Shown: positions 46,740 through 57,400 of the stretch, piece by piece
Layout of the letters: every line of letters begins with the position of its first letter
How positions within the stretch are numbered: the stretch's first letter is position 1
Assembly (NCBI GenBank): GCA_963813715.1
Contig: CAWFAK010000005.1
Coordinates: 32,001 to 96,000 of the forward strand
Length of the DNA stretch: 64,000 nucleotides
From: an uncultured Planctomycetaceae bacterium
GTDB lineage: Bacteria; Planctomycetota; Planctomycetia; Planctomycetales; Planctomycetaceae
Direction of reading: 5' to 3'
Made by a program: the position numbers and the translations under genes
The notes under the pieces: generated by a model
What the model saw: only the letters and a program-made list of their open reading frames with translations
Told to the model about the DNA's origin: nothing
The model's database searches: none

Positions 46740-49700
46740 CTAGCCGTTGAGGATCTCGACGGCAGCCGAGAAGCCCGCCCACTGATTCTGGGAGTCGTCC
46801 GACGTGGACGTGGGGGGCGACGTCAGCGTGCCGGCGGTCTGCGGCTGAGAACCCGGCGAAGTGGGGCCGCTTGAGCCTACGGTCACCTGGATGGCGCCCG
46901 AAGCCGTGAGCGAATTTCCCAAGTCCGTGTAGCCGATCGCGATCGATGCCGAGCCGACGTAGCCCGTCAACGGCGTGAACGTGAGGTTCTTCAGGGCGTT
47001 GTTGAGGTTGGCCAGCGTACCCGTGATCGTCATCCCCGACGAGCTATTTGCGCCGGAGGTGAAGGTCAGCCCGGTCGTCGAACCGAGCTTGAGCTTGCCG
47101 TTGGTCGCGGAGAGCGTGACCTGTTCGATGCCGGTCCCCGCGTTGACGTCGGTGACGCTGATCAGGTCGTTGTTGGTCTTCGTGAACTGCACGGAGCCGT
47201 TCTCGGCGACCGACGCTGTTGACGGAGCCGTCAGCGTGGGCGCCAACGTAGCGATCGAAAGCGAGACGCTGGTCGAGGCGGACAAACCGTCCGGCGGATC
47301 CGAGACGGAAATCGCCAGCGTGTCAGCGCCCGAGTAGTTGGTGTTTGGCTTGTAGGTCAAGCCGTTGAGCGCGTTGTCGAGGTTGGTGACTGTCCCGGTC
47401 ACGGTGAAGGAGGCACTGCTGTTCTTGCCAGTCGTAAACGTCAAACCGCTCGTGCTGCCGAGCTTCAGCGTGCCGTTCGTCACGGAGAGCGTGAGCGATT
47501 CGGTCTTGATCGTGCCGGCGTTGCCGTCGGTAAACGAGATGGCGTTGCTGTTGGCGGCCGAGAAGACCAGCGTGCTGTTCTCGCTGAGCGAACCGGTCGA
47601 GGGAGCGGTGATTGTCGGGGCAGTGGCGGGTGAGATGGTGATCCCGACGTTGCTGGTGGCCGACTGGCCGTCAGTGGTGTCCAGCAGCGAAATCGCCAGC
47701 GTGTCGGATCCGCTGTACCCCGTCGTCGGCGTATAGGTCAGGCCGGTGAGCGCCTTGTTGAGATTGGCCAAGGTCGCGGCGATCGTGAAGGACGAGCTGC
47801 CGTTCTTGCCCGCCTTGAAGGTCAAACCGGGAGTCGAGCCGAGCGTCAGGATGCCGTTGGTGACCGAAAGGCTGAGCGTGCCGGTTGTCGAATTGGCGTC
47901 GGCGACCGTAATCGCATTGCTGTTGGTCGATGAGAATACGATCGTGACGTTTTCGCCCGTCGCGACGGACGTCGGCGCGGTAATCGTCGGCGGGCTGAGG
48001 GCGTTGATCGTCAGCGCCACGCTGGCCGAGGCTGACTGCTTGTTGACGCCATCGGCGACCGTGATCGAAAGCACATCGGTACCAACGTAGCCGGCGGTTG
48101 GCTTGTAGGTCAGGCCGGCCAGCGCCGCGTTGAGATTGGTCAGCGTCCCCGTCACAGCGATTGTGGCCGCGTTGTTCTTGCCGGTCGTATAGGTCAGCCC
48201 TGTCGTCGAGCCCAACGTCAGGATGCCGTGCGAGACCGACAGGGTCAGCGACTCGGTCTTGGCCGTGCCGGCGTTCACGTCGGTAAACGAGATGGGGTTG
48301 CCGTTGCCCGACGAGAACACGAGCGAACCATTCTCATTCAGCGAGCCCGTCGACGGTGCGGTGAGCACCGGGGGCTGGACGTTGACGGTGAGGGAGACGC
48401 TGGTTGCCGCCGAGTCGTTGTCGCCCGGATCGGCGATCGAGATCGCCAGCGAATCGGAGCCGATATAGGCGGTCGTCGGCGTGTAAGTCAAACCGTTGAG
48501 GGCGTTGTTCAAGCTGCTGACGGTGCCGCTGACGGTGAACGTCGCGGAGCCGTTGCTGCCCGTGGTGAAGGTCAGCCCGGCGGTTGACGCCAGGGTGAGC
48601 GTGCCGTGCGTCACTGCGAGGGTCAGCGAATCGGCACCGGAACCGGCGCCCGAGTCGGTGACAGAGACGGCGTTACTGTTGCCCGACGAGAAGACGAGTG
48701 AGCCGTCCTCAAAGAGCGAGCCGCTGGTCGGAGCGGTGATCGCCGGCGGGCTGAGTGCGACCACCGTCAGGCCGACGCTGGTCGAGGCCGACAGGGTGTC
48801 TGTGGTGTCGATGACGGAGATCAAAAGCGCATCCGAGCCGATGTAGGCCGGGTTCGGCTGATAGGTCAGTCCATTAAGGGCGTTGTCGAGATCGCTCGTT
48901 GCCCCCGTCACGGTGAAGGAAGAGGTGCCGTTGTTCCCGGAGGCAAACGTCAGACCCGAGGTGCCGGCCAACGTCAGCGTGCCGTGGGTTACGGAGAGCG
49001 TGAGCGAGTCGGGGCCGGCCGCCGAGTCCGTGATCGCAATGGCGTTGCCGTTGCCCGTCGAGAAGACGAGCGATCCATTTTCGCTCACCGAACCGGTGGC
49101 GGGCGCGGTCAAGGTTGGCGGCGCGTTGACCGTCAGCGACACGCTGGTCGACGCGCTCACGTTGGCGAGCGGATCGGAGAGCTGGACCAACAGCGAATCG
49201 GGGCCGGCGTAACCCGTGTTCGGGCTATAAGTCAGTCCGGCGACGGCGGCCTGCAGATCGCCGATCGTGCCGGAGACGGTCATCGAAGAGGAATCGTTGG
49301 CACCGGACGTGAAGGTCAGGTTGTTGGTGGAACCGAGCGCGAGCGTGCCCTGGTTGACCGACAGGGTCAGCGTATCGATGTTGGTGCCGGCGATCTGATC
49401 GGTGATGGTAATGGCGTTGCCGCCCGAGAAGACCAGCGAGGTGTTTTCGTTCGTCGACGCCGAGGCCGGGCCGGTCGCGGTCGGCGACCAGTTGATGTTC
49501 GTATTGGCCAGGTCGGGAACGAGCAGGTTGGCGATCGGCGTGCCTAAGCCGCTCACCAGGTCGTATCCAGGCGCCGCGTTGTAGGTGCCGTTGCCGCCAA
49601 CCGTGATATCGTGGAAGTCGGAGCTGGAAAGGTTGTACAACGTCGGCAAGGTCTGCGTGAGGCCGTTGAGACTTGGCTCACCGTTGAGGGCACGTCCCTG

Positions 49701-50831
49701 ATTGGCGATGGAGACGAGCGCGGCAGTCAACGGCGTGGCGAGGCTGGTGCCACCGACCTGGTACCATCCGCCCGAGTAGGTATCGAGGACGTAAACACCG
49801 GTGTCGGGATCCGCGTCCATCGAGATGTCTGGAACATTGCGATTGGTCGTGCTGGCGCCGTTAATACCGTTCAGCCCGTCCTGATAGGCCGGCAGCGGTT
49901 CGTACTGGCTGATGCCGCCGCCGGTGCCGTAACCGTTGTTGTTGTTCCAGACTGATTCGGAGATGTAAGTGCCGTCGGACTGGATCTGCAACGACGTGCC
50001 GCCGACAGCCACGACGTCCGGCGAGAAGGCGGGATAAATCGCAGGCGAATCCCAGTCGCCGGTTGCGGCCAGGAACGTCACGCCGCCCGTGCGCCCGGTG
50101 GGTGTGAGGTCGAAGGGGTCTTCCGACTGCTCGCCCTGGAATTCGTCCTCGCCCCAGCTCATTGACACGACCGAGACAGCCGGATTGGCGGCAGCGGTAG
50201 CCACGGCCTGGTCCATGTCGGGGTCGTTGTTGGTGTTCGACTCGTAGAGGATGATATTCGCCTGCGGGGCGATTGAGTGGGCCCACTCGACGTCGAGCGA
50301 TTCTTCGACGTCCCAGCCCTGTCCGTTGGTGGTCGGCAACGACGTGCCGCCGGTTTGATTGAGCACCTGGAAGGTCGGACCGCCCTGAACGTTGAACTGC
50401 GGCAGATTGAACGTGCTGCTGAAGTTCTGTGCGTCGGTGACGATGTTGGGGTCGTTGTACGCGTCGACGATGGCGATCGTCTGACCTGCGCCGGTGCCGC
50501 TGACGCCGTTAAACGAAATCTGGTTCACGCCGTAAGCAGTGGTCATTTGGGCCGGCGTGTAGGGGGCCGAGGCGACCGTCGTAGCCGGAGTGACGCCGTT
50601 TTTGCCGACGTTCGGCGCGGCAACCTGGCCGGCCACGATGATCGCCGGCTGATAGGCGGCGACGGCCGAGAGCATTTGCCGCGCTTCGAGGGCTTCGACG
50701 ACGGGCCCGCAGCAGACGGGCTGCTGCATGCGGTCAAGTTCTCGTTGATTTCGCCGGCGGGGCACCTTGCGGCCGCGGTAGGTATTTCCTCGGGTCTGCG
50801 AAAAAATCGACAGCCGGCGAGAGAACAGCAT
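46740..50831 (-). CDS. Secreted S53 (sedolisin) peptidase with 7 Ig/cadherin-like repeats
   Basis: Leader LEARQMLS; EESLDVEW (Glu/Asp), AATGD, GGTSLATP (Ser), YDLVSGLGTP (Ca site); seven ~115-aa repeats; C-terminal QWAGF motif. Confidence 0.88.
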   Translation of the reverse strand: MLFSRRLSIFSQTRGNTYRGRKVPRRRNQRELDRMQQPVCCGPVVEALEARQMLSAVAAYQPAIIVAGQVAAPNVGKNGVTPATTVASAPYTPAQMTTAYGVNQISFNGVSGTGAGQTIAIVDAYNDPNIVTDAQNFSSTFNLPQFNVQGGPTFQVLNQTGGTSLPTTNGQGWDVEESLDVEWAHSIAPQANIILYESNTNNDPDMDQAVATAAANPAVSVVSMSWGEDEFQGEQSEDPFDLTPTGRTGGVTFLAATGDWDSPAIYPAFSPDVVAVGGTSLQIQSDGTYISESVWNNNNGYGTGGGISQYEPLPAYQDGLNGINGASTTNRNVPDISMDADPDTGVYVLDTYSGGWYQVGGTSLATPLTAALVSIANQGRALNGEPSLNGLTQTLPTLYNLSSSDFHDITVGGNGTYNAAPGYDLVSGLGTPIANLLVPDLANTNINWSPTATGPASASTNENTSLVFSGGNAITITDQIAGTNIDTLTLSVNQGTLALGSTNNLTFTSGANDSSSMTVSGTIGDLQAAVAGLTYSPNTGYAGPDSLLVQLSDPLANVSASTSVSLTVNAPPTLTAPATGSVSENGSLVFSTGNGNAIAITDSAAGPDSLTLSVTHGTLTLAGTSGLTFASGNNGTSSFTVTGATSDLDNALNGLTYQPNPAYIGSDALLISVIDTTDTLSASTSVGLTVVALSPPAITAPTSGSLFEDGSLVFSSGNSNAVSVTDSGAGSGADSLTLAVTHGTLTLASTAGLTFTTGSNGSATFTVSGTVSSLNNALNGLTYTPTTAYIGSDSLAISIADPGDNDSAATSVSLTVNVQPPVLTAPSTGSLNENGSLVFSSGNGNPISFTDVNAGTAKTESLTLSVSHGILTLGSTTGLTYTTGKNNAATIAVTGTLTNLNAALAGLTYKPTAGYVGTDVLSITVADGVNKQSASASVALTINALSPPTITAPTSVATGENVTIVFSSTNSNAITVADANSTTGTLSLSVTNGILTLGSTPGLTFKAGKNGSSSFTIAATLANLNKALTGLTYTPTTGYSGSDTLAISLLDTTDGQSATSNVGITISPATAPTITAPSTGSLSENSTLVFSAANSNAISFTDGNAGTIKTESLTLSVTNGTLKLGSTSGLTFTTGKNSSASFTVTGTVTNLDNALNGLTYKPNTNYSGADTLAISVSDPPDGLSASTSVSLSIATLAPTLTAPSTASVAENGSVQFTKTNNDLISVTDVNAGTGIEQVTLSATNGKLKLGSTTGLTFTSGANSSSGMTITGTLANLNNALKNLTFTPLTGYVGSASIAIGYTDLGNSLTASGAIQVTVGSSGPTSPGSQPQTAGTLTSPPTSTSDDSQNQWAGFSAAVEILNG

Positions 50832-50901
50832 GCTTCGGGCTCCAACGGCTAATTGGGCAATGGGTTGTGATTCGGAGGGATGCTGCAAGCGCGACTCGAA
50901 G

Positions 50902-50995
50902 GGTGCTGGCCCAAGCACCGGGCGCGTAGGAAGAACTCCTGACGCCATTCGAGAGTCGTGCCTCACAGTTTGCCGTCGCGAGGAGCCGGTGACAA
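50902..50995 (-). promoter_or_regulatory. Promoter (TTGTCA-N17-CAAACT) and 5'-UTR hairpin GGTGCT-TGGGCC-AGCACC of S53 gene 1
   Basis: Same architecture upstream of all three S53 paralogs. Confidence 0.6.
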
Positions 50996-51218
50996 CGCGC
51001 CGGTCGCGAGATTTCTGTGAATTTTCTGAAGGGAAGCAGGCCGCTCTAAGAACCGAACGTCAATCGCGGCAGAAGTGGACAGACGAGCACGGTAAAACGC
51101 CAGAAACCATGCGCGCCCGGATGGTTTTCGACCGTCCCCGTAGCGCGCGCTGCCTTCCATCTGCGGCGCACCGGAGGTCACCGCGGAAATTCGTTCACGC
51201 GAACGACCGGCGCGGACG

Positions 51219-54200
51219 TTAGTTGATCAGGAACTCGAGGGCTTGGAGAAAGCCAGCCCATTGAGTCTGTGCGTCGATCGGTGTGGACGCGTCCCCGTCG
51301 GCGCTTCCGCCCGTCGTGGCGGGATTGGTCAGCGACAGGGTCGCCCCTCCGGTCACCGGCACAAACTGGCGGTCGCCTTGCACCGGAGCCGGCGTCACAA
51401 CGAGCGAGCGGGATGCCCGGCCGTTGCGGCTAACGGTGAGGGCGATGCTGCCTGTGCCTGTCAGGCCGTCACCCGCGTCCGTGTAGCTCAGTGAGATCGA
51501 GGCCGAACCGGTGAAATTTCGAGTCGGCGTGTAGGTGAGGCCGTTGAGGGCGTTGTTGAGATTGGTCAGCGTGCCGCTGATCGTCATCGAGGCAGAGCGG
51601 TTAGCCCCGGATGTGATCGTGATGCCGCTCGTCGATCCGAGACGCAGGGTGCCGTGCGTGGCTGTGAGCGTCAGCTTCTCGGTGCTGGTGCCCGCGCTGG
51701 CGTCGGTGATGGTGATCGACTTGGAGAAGGCGACGGAGCCGTTCTCGGCGACCGAGGCTGTGGCTGGAGCCTTGATCGTCGGCGCGACAGCCGCGTTCAC
51801 GGTGAGGGTCACGCTATCCGACGCGGACAAACCATCGCCCGGATCGGAAATCGAGATCGACAGCGAATCGGAGCCGGAATAATTGGTCGCCGGCTTGTAA
51901 ACCAGTCCATTGAGAGCCGCGTCGAGGTTGGCGATCGTTCCGGTCACCGTCACCGTCGACGAACCGTTCGCGCCGGCGGTGATCGTCAGGCCGGAGGTGG
52001 AAGCCAAGGTCAGCGTGCCGTGCGTGACGGCCAGGGTCAGCGAGTCGGTGCTGCCGGCGCTCGAGTCGGCGACTGAAATCGCGTTGCCGTTGGTCGACGA
52101 GAAGGTCAGAGAACTGTTCTCGTTGAGCGAACCGCTCGTGGGAGCGGTGATCGCGGGCGGGACTGGCGGCCGTAACGGTCAGGCCGATGCTGTCCGAATC
52201 CGAGAGGCTATCGCCCGGATCGGAAAGTGAAATCCCCAGCGTGTCCGAGCCGGAATAGCCGGCCGTCGGCTGATACGTGAGGCCGTTGAGGGCCGCATTG
52301 AGGCTGGACAAAGTGCCGGTCACGGTGAACGCCGCCGTGCCGTTGCCGCCCGTCGTAAACGTCAGCCCGGTCGTCGAGGCGAGCGTCAGAATTCCGTTCG
52401 AGACCGTGAGCGTGAGCGAATCACTGCCGCTGCCGGCGCTCGCATCCGTCAGCGTGATGGCGTTGCCCTTGCCCGTCGAGAAGACGAGCGAGGAATTCTC
52501 AGCGACGGTGGCCGTACTGGGAGCAGTGATCGTCGGCGGCGTGGGCGCGTTCACGCTCAGCGACACGCTGGCCGAGGCCGACAGGCTGTCGCCCGGATCG
52601 GTGACCGAAATCGCCAGCGAATCGGAGCCGGCATAACCCGCAGTCGGCTGATAAACGAGTCCGGCGAGCGCCGCATCGAGGCTTGAGACGGTGCCGGTCA
52701 CAGTGAACGAGGACGAGTCGTTGCTGCCAGATGTGAAGGTGAGTCCCGACGTGGTCGACAACGTCAACGTGCCATGCGAGACGGACAGCGTCAGCGAATC
52801 GGCGTTGGTGCCGGCGCTCGCGTCGGTGACGCTGATGGCGTTCCCGTTGGCCGACGAGAAGGTCAACGAGCCATTTTCGGCCAAGCTTGCCGACGCGGGG
52901 GCGCTGACGCTCGGCGGTTGCGTTGTGCCGTATCCCGCCAGGGCGGGGACGAGCAAATTGGCGATTGGCGTGCCCAGTCCGGTGACCAGATCGTAACCCG
53001 TCCCGGCCGAGTAGGTGCCGTTGCTGCCGGTTGTGATGTCGTGGAAGTCGGAACTGGGCAATTGGTAGAGCGTCGGCAGTGTTTGCGTCGCGCCGTTGAG
53101 GGATGAATCGCCCAAGAGGGAGCGTCCCTGGTTCGCGATGGCGATCAGGCCGCCCCACATCGGCGTCGCGAGGCTCGTCCCGCCGACCTGGAACCAGCCA
53201 CCGTCGTAGCTATCGAGGACGTAGACGCCGCTGTTGGGGTCGGCATCCATGGCGACGTCGGGCACGTTGCGATGCGTCGTGCTCGCACCGTTGACGCCGT
53301 TGAGCGAGCTTTGATAGCTGGGGATGGTCTCGTATTGGCTGATCCCGCCGCCCGTATCGGACCAGGCGCCCTCGGCGATGTATTGGCCGCTGCTGTTGAT
53401 ATCCAAAGTCGTGCCGCCGACGGCCACGACGTCGGGACTGAACGCCGGATATCCCGAAGGCGTGCCGTCATCGCCGGTGGCCGCCAGGAAAGTGACGCCC
53501 TGATGACCGTTGGGCGTGACGAAGTTGGAATCGAAGCCGGTCTCCGAGGAGCTTTCGCCGCCGTCCCAGCTCATCGACACGACCGAAACGCCGGCGTAAT
53601 CGGCCGCCGTGTCGACGGCCTGGAACAGGTTCGCGTCGGAGTTGGAAGAAGCCTCGAAGAGGATGATGTTCGCATCGGGGGCGATCGAGTGAGCCCACTC
53701 GACGTCGAGCGCTTCTTCAACGTCCCAGCCCCCCTTGGCCGCGTTGGCCGGCAGCGACGTGCCGCCCGTTTGATTCAGGACCTTGAGCGTGGGCTCGCTG
53801 CTGCCGTTGAACTGCGGCAGACCGAATTGGCTGCTGAAGCTATTGGCGTCGGAAATGATGTCCGGATCGTTGTACGCGTCGACGATGGCGATCGTCTGGC
53901 CGGCCCCGGTTCCTGCGACGCCGTTAAAGGAAATCTGGTTGATCCCGTAGGCCGCCTGCATCTGGGCCGGATCGATGGGGGCGGTGCCGGCCGTGACAGC
54001 CGGTTTGTTGGTCGCCGCGCCATGGGCCTCGAGAATAAAGGTCGGCGTGGCGACGGCGGTGAGGGCGGACGCGGCAGAGAGCATCTGGCGGCCTTCGAGC
54101 GTCTCGGCGGCCGGACCGCAGCAGACCGGCTGGCCGATGCGTGCCGCGTCGCGTCGACGTTTCAGCGGTCGACGAGAGCGGGAGGACGACGGGCGGACGA

Positions 54201-54237
54201 AGTTGGACAAAAACGGAAACCGAAGCGACAACAGCAT
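51219..54237 (-). CDS. Secreted S53 peptidase with 4 Ig/cadherin-like repeats; frameshift near 52160
   Basis: GGAGG RBS; LEGRQMLS leader; EEALDVEW, AATGDD, GGTSLATP, YDLVTGLGTP; repeats continue in ORF 51219..52007, ending QWAGFLQALEFLIN. Confidence 0.86.
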
Positions 54238-54304
54238 CCTACCGGCCTCCTGTGGCGGGTGAATTTGACCGTCAGGTGTTCGCCAAACACGAACTGAGTC
54301 AGAA

Positions 54305-54398
54305 GGTGCCGGCCCAGACACCCGTCCTAAAGAAAATCGTCGGACGATTTTCTGCCCAGTCACACCAATAGTCTGCCCGTCGGCGAACTGGAGATCAA
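54305..54398 (-). promoter_or_regulatory. Promoter (TTGATC-N17-CAGACT) and 5'-UTR hairpin GGTGTC-TGGGCC-GGCACC of S53 gene 2
   Basis: Conserved across the paralogs; also a perfect 10-bp inverted repeat AGAAAATCGT/ACGATTTTCT at 54331-54353. Confidence 0.6.
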
Positions 54399-54436
54399 CT
54401 TAGCCCAATTACGTCAAAAAGTGCTTCCAATCAACC

Positions 54437-57400
54437 TCAACCGGCCAGCACTTGCATTGCGGCCGCAAACCCCGCCAGCTGCGTTTCGGAGTCCGGAGGC
54501 AGGGTGCTGGTCGAGAGCGAGTTAGCCGAAGGGACGCTCGACGAGGCCGGTCCCGCGGGCGCGCCTGCCTGCAGGATCGTGCTCGACGAGACGGTGATGT
54601 TGGCCGTCACCGACTGGTTGGTTGCGAGGTCGGTGTAGGCCAGGGTGATCGTTGCCGCCTTCGCCTGCAGCGTATAGGTCATCCCGTTGAGGGCCAGATT
54701 CAGGTTGGCCAGCGTTCCCTCGATGGTCATCGACGCAGAACCATTGGCCCCGGAGATAAACGTAATCCCAGTCGTGCTGGCGAGTTGCAAGATGCCCGAA
54801 GTCGCCTTGATTGTCAGTTCTTCGGTGCTGCTGCCGGCGCTCCCGTCGGCAATGCTGATCGCATCTCCCTTGGCGGCGGAGAAAGTGGTCGTGCCGCCAA
54901 CTGTCGACCTGACGCTGGTCGGTGCGCTGATCGAAGGCGGGGCACTACCCGAAACGTTGATCGACACGCTGGCCGAGCCCGACAGGTGATCCGCCGAATC
55001 ATTGATCGCCACGGCGAGCGAGTCGGCACCCGTATAGTTGCTGGTCGGCTTGTAGGTCAGTCCGGCAAGCGCCGCGTTGAGGTTGGTGATTGACCCCGTG
55101 ACCGTGACCGTGGACGACCCGTTAGCGCCGGCCGTGATCGTCAGGCCCGAGATCGTCGACAAAGTCACCGTGCCATGCGAGACCGTCAACTGCAGCGAAT
55201 CCGAACCGCTTCCCGGCCCTGCATCCGCGACTGAAATCGGGTTGCTGTTGCCCGACGAGAAGACCAGCGAGCCGTTCTCAGGCACCGTAGCCGATCCCGG
55301 AGCTGAAACCGTCGGCGGGCTGTTGGCGTTGACCGTGATGGCCACGCTCTTCGAGGCCGACTCGCTGTCGCCGGGGTCCAAGAGAGAAATCGCCAGCGAA
55401 TCGGAGCCGGTGTAGCTGGTCGTCGGCGTATAGGTAAGGTTGTTGAGGGCCGCATTCAAACTGGTGACGGCGCCGGTCACGGTGAAGGACGCCGAGCCGT
55501 TGCTCCCGGCCGTAAACGTCAGGCCGCTGATCGTCGAGAGTGTGATCGTCCCGTGAGCGACCGACAGGGTCAGCGTATCGCTGCTGCTGCCGGCCGCCGA
55601 GTCGGCCACGCTGATCGCGCTCGAGGAGAAGATCAGCGAATTGTTGACGAGCACCGAGGCCGTCGCCGGCGCGGTAATCGTCGGCGCCGGCAAGGAGTTG
55701 ATGCTCAGCGAAACGTTCTTCGAGGCCGACTGGCCATCGCCCGGATCTTGGAGCGAAATCGCCAGCGTATCGCTGCCCGTGTAAGCGGCCGTCGGCTGGT
55801 AGGTAAGGCCGTTGAGGGCCGCGTTGAGGTTGCCGACCGTGCCACTCACTGTGAAGGTGGCCGAACCGTTGCTGCCGGACGTGAACGTCAGACCGGACGT
55901 GGTGGAAAGCGTCAGTTTGCCGTGCGCGACCGCCAGCGTGAGCGAGTCGCTGCCGGGATTGGCGTCGGCGAGCGAGATTGCGTTGCCGTTGCCGGTCGAG
56001 AAGGCCAGCGACCCGTTCTCCGTGAGCGAGGCCGAAACTGGCGCCGCGATCGTCGGGGCCAGCGCGCTGACTGTGATGGCCACGCTGCCAGAGCCAGTTT
56101 TGTTGTCGGTCGGGTCGCTGACGGAGAGGGCCAGCGTGTCGGAACCGGCGTAATTCGTCGTCGGCTGGTAGGTCGTTCCTACCAGGGCGGCGTTCAAGTT
56201 GGCTACGGTCCCCTTGACCGTGAAGGCGGCGGAGTCGTTCGAGCCCGAGCTGAAAACCAGTCCATTGGTGGTGCCCAAGGTCAGGGTGCCGTGGCTGACC
56301 GACAAACTCACCGAATCTGCGCCGAAGCCCAACCCGTCGTCGGTCAGCGAGATCAAGTTGCCGTTACCCGTCGAGAAGACGAGCGAGCCATTCTCCGCTA
56401 CGCTAGCCGTAGAAGGCGCCGTGAAGGTGGGGGCGATCGGTGCGACCGTGATCGAAACGCTGGAGGAGCCGGTCAGGCTTTCGCCTGGGTCGGTTAGCGA
56501 CACCAGCAGCGAGTCGGCGCCGCTGTAATACGTGGTCGGTTGATAGGTCAGACCGGAACTGTCCAGATCCGCGTTCAGGTTGGCGATGGTCCCGCTCACC
56601 GTGAACGAAGAGGAGCCGTTCGTCCCGGACGTGAACGTCAGGCCGGTGGTCGAGCCGAGCGTCAACGTTCCGTCGGAGACCGAGAGCGTGAGCGAATCGG
56701 CAGCACCGGCGGAGAACGGATCGGTCAGGGTGATCGCGTCGCTGTTGGCCGTCGAGAGTGTCGCCGACCCGTTTTCGGCCACGTTGAGCGTGGACGGGTT
56801 GCTCACGGCAGGCGCAGTCGAACCGTATCCCGCCAACGCGGGCACGAGCAGATTGGCGACGGGAGTGCCCAGCCCAGTGACCAGATCGTAACCCGGCGCA
56901 GCCGAGTAGGTGCCGTTGCTGCCGGTCGTGACGTCGTGGAAATCGGAACTCGGCAGGCTGTAGAGCATCGGCAGGGTTTGCGTGTACCCGTTGAGCGTCG
57001 ATTCGCCCGCGAGCGCCCGTCCCTGGTTGACGATGCCGATCATGCCGGCCCACAACGGAGAACTGAGGCTCGTGCCGCCCACCTGGAAGTAGCCGCCACC
57101 TTGCCCTTCGTTCCATGTGTCATAGACGTAGACGCCACTGTCGGGATCGGCGTCAGCCGAGACGTCGGGAACGTTACGGTTCGTGGTGCTCGAGCCGTTG
57201 ATGCCGTCGAGGTTGTCCTGGTAATAGGGCAGCGCTTCCTGCGTGCTGATGCCGCCGCCCGTGGCCCAACCATTGTTGTCGTTCCAAACCGATTCTGAGA
57301 TGTACGTGCCGCTGTTCTGAATCTGCAGGTTGGTGCCGCCCACGGAGACGACGTAGGGCGAGTACGCCGGATAGCCGGCGGGGCTGCCCGAGTCGCCGGC

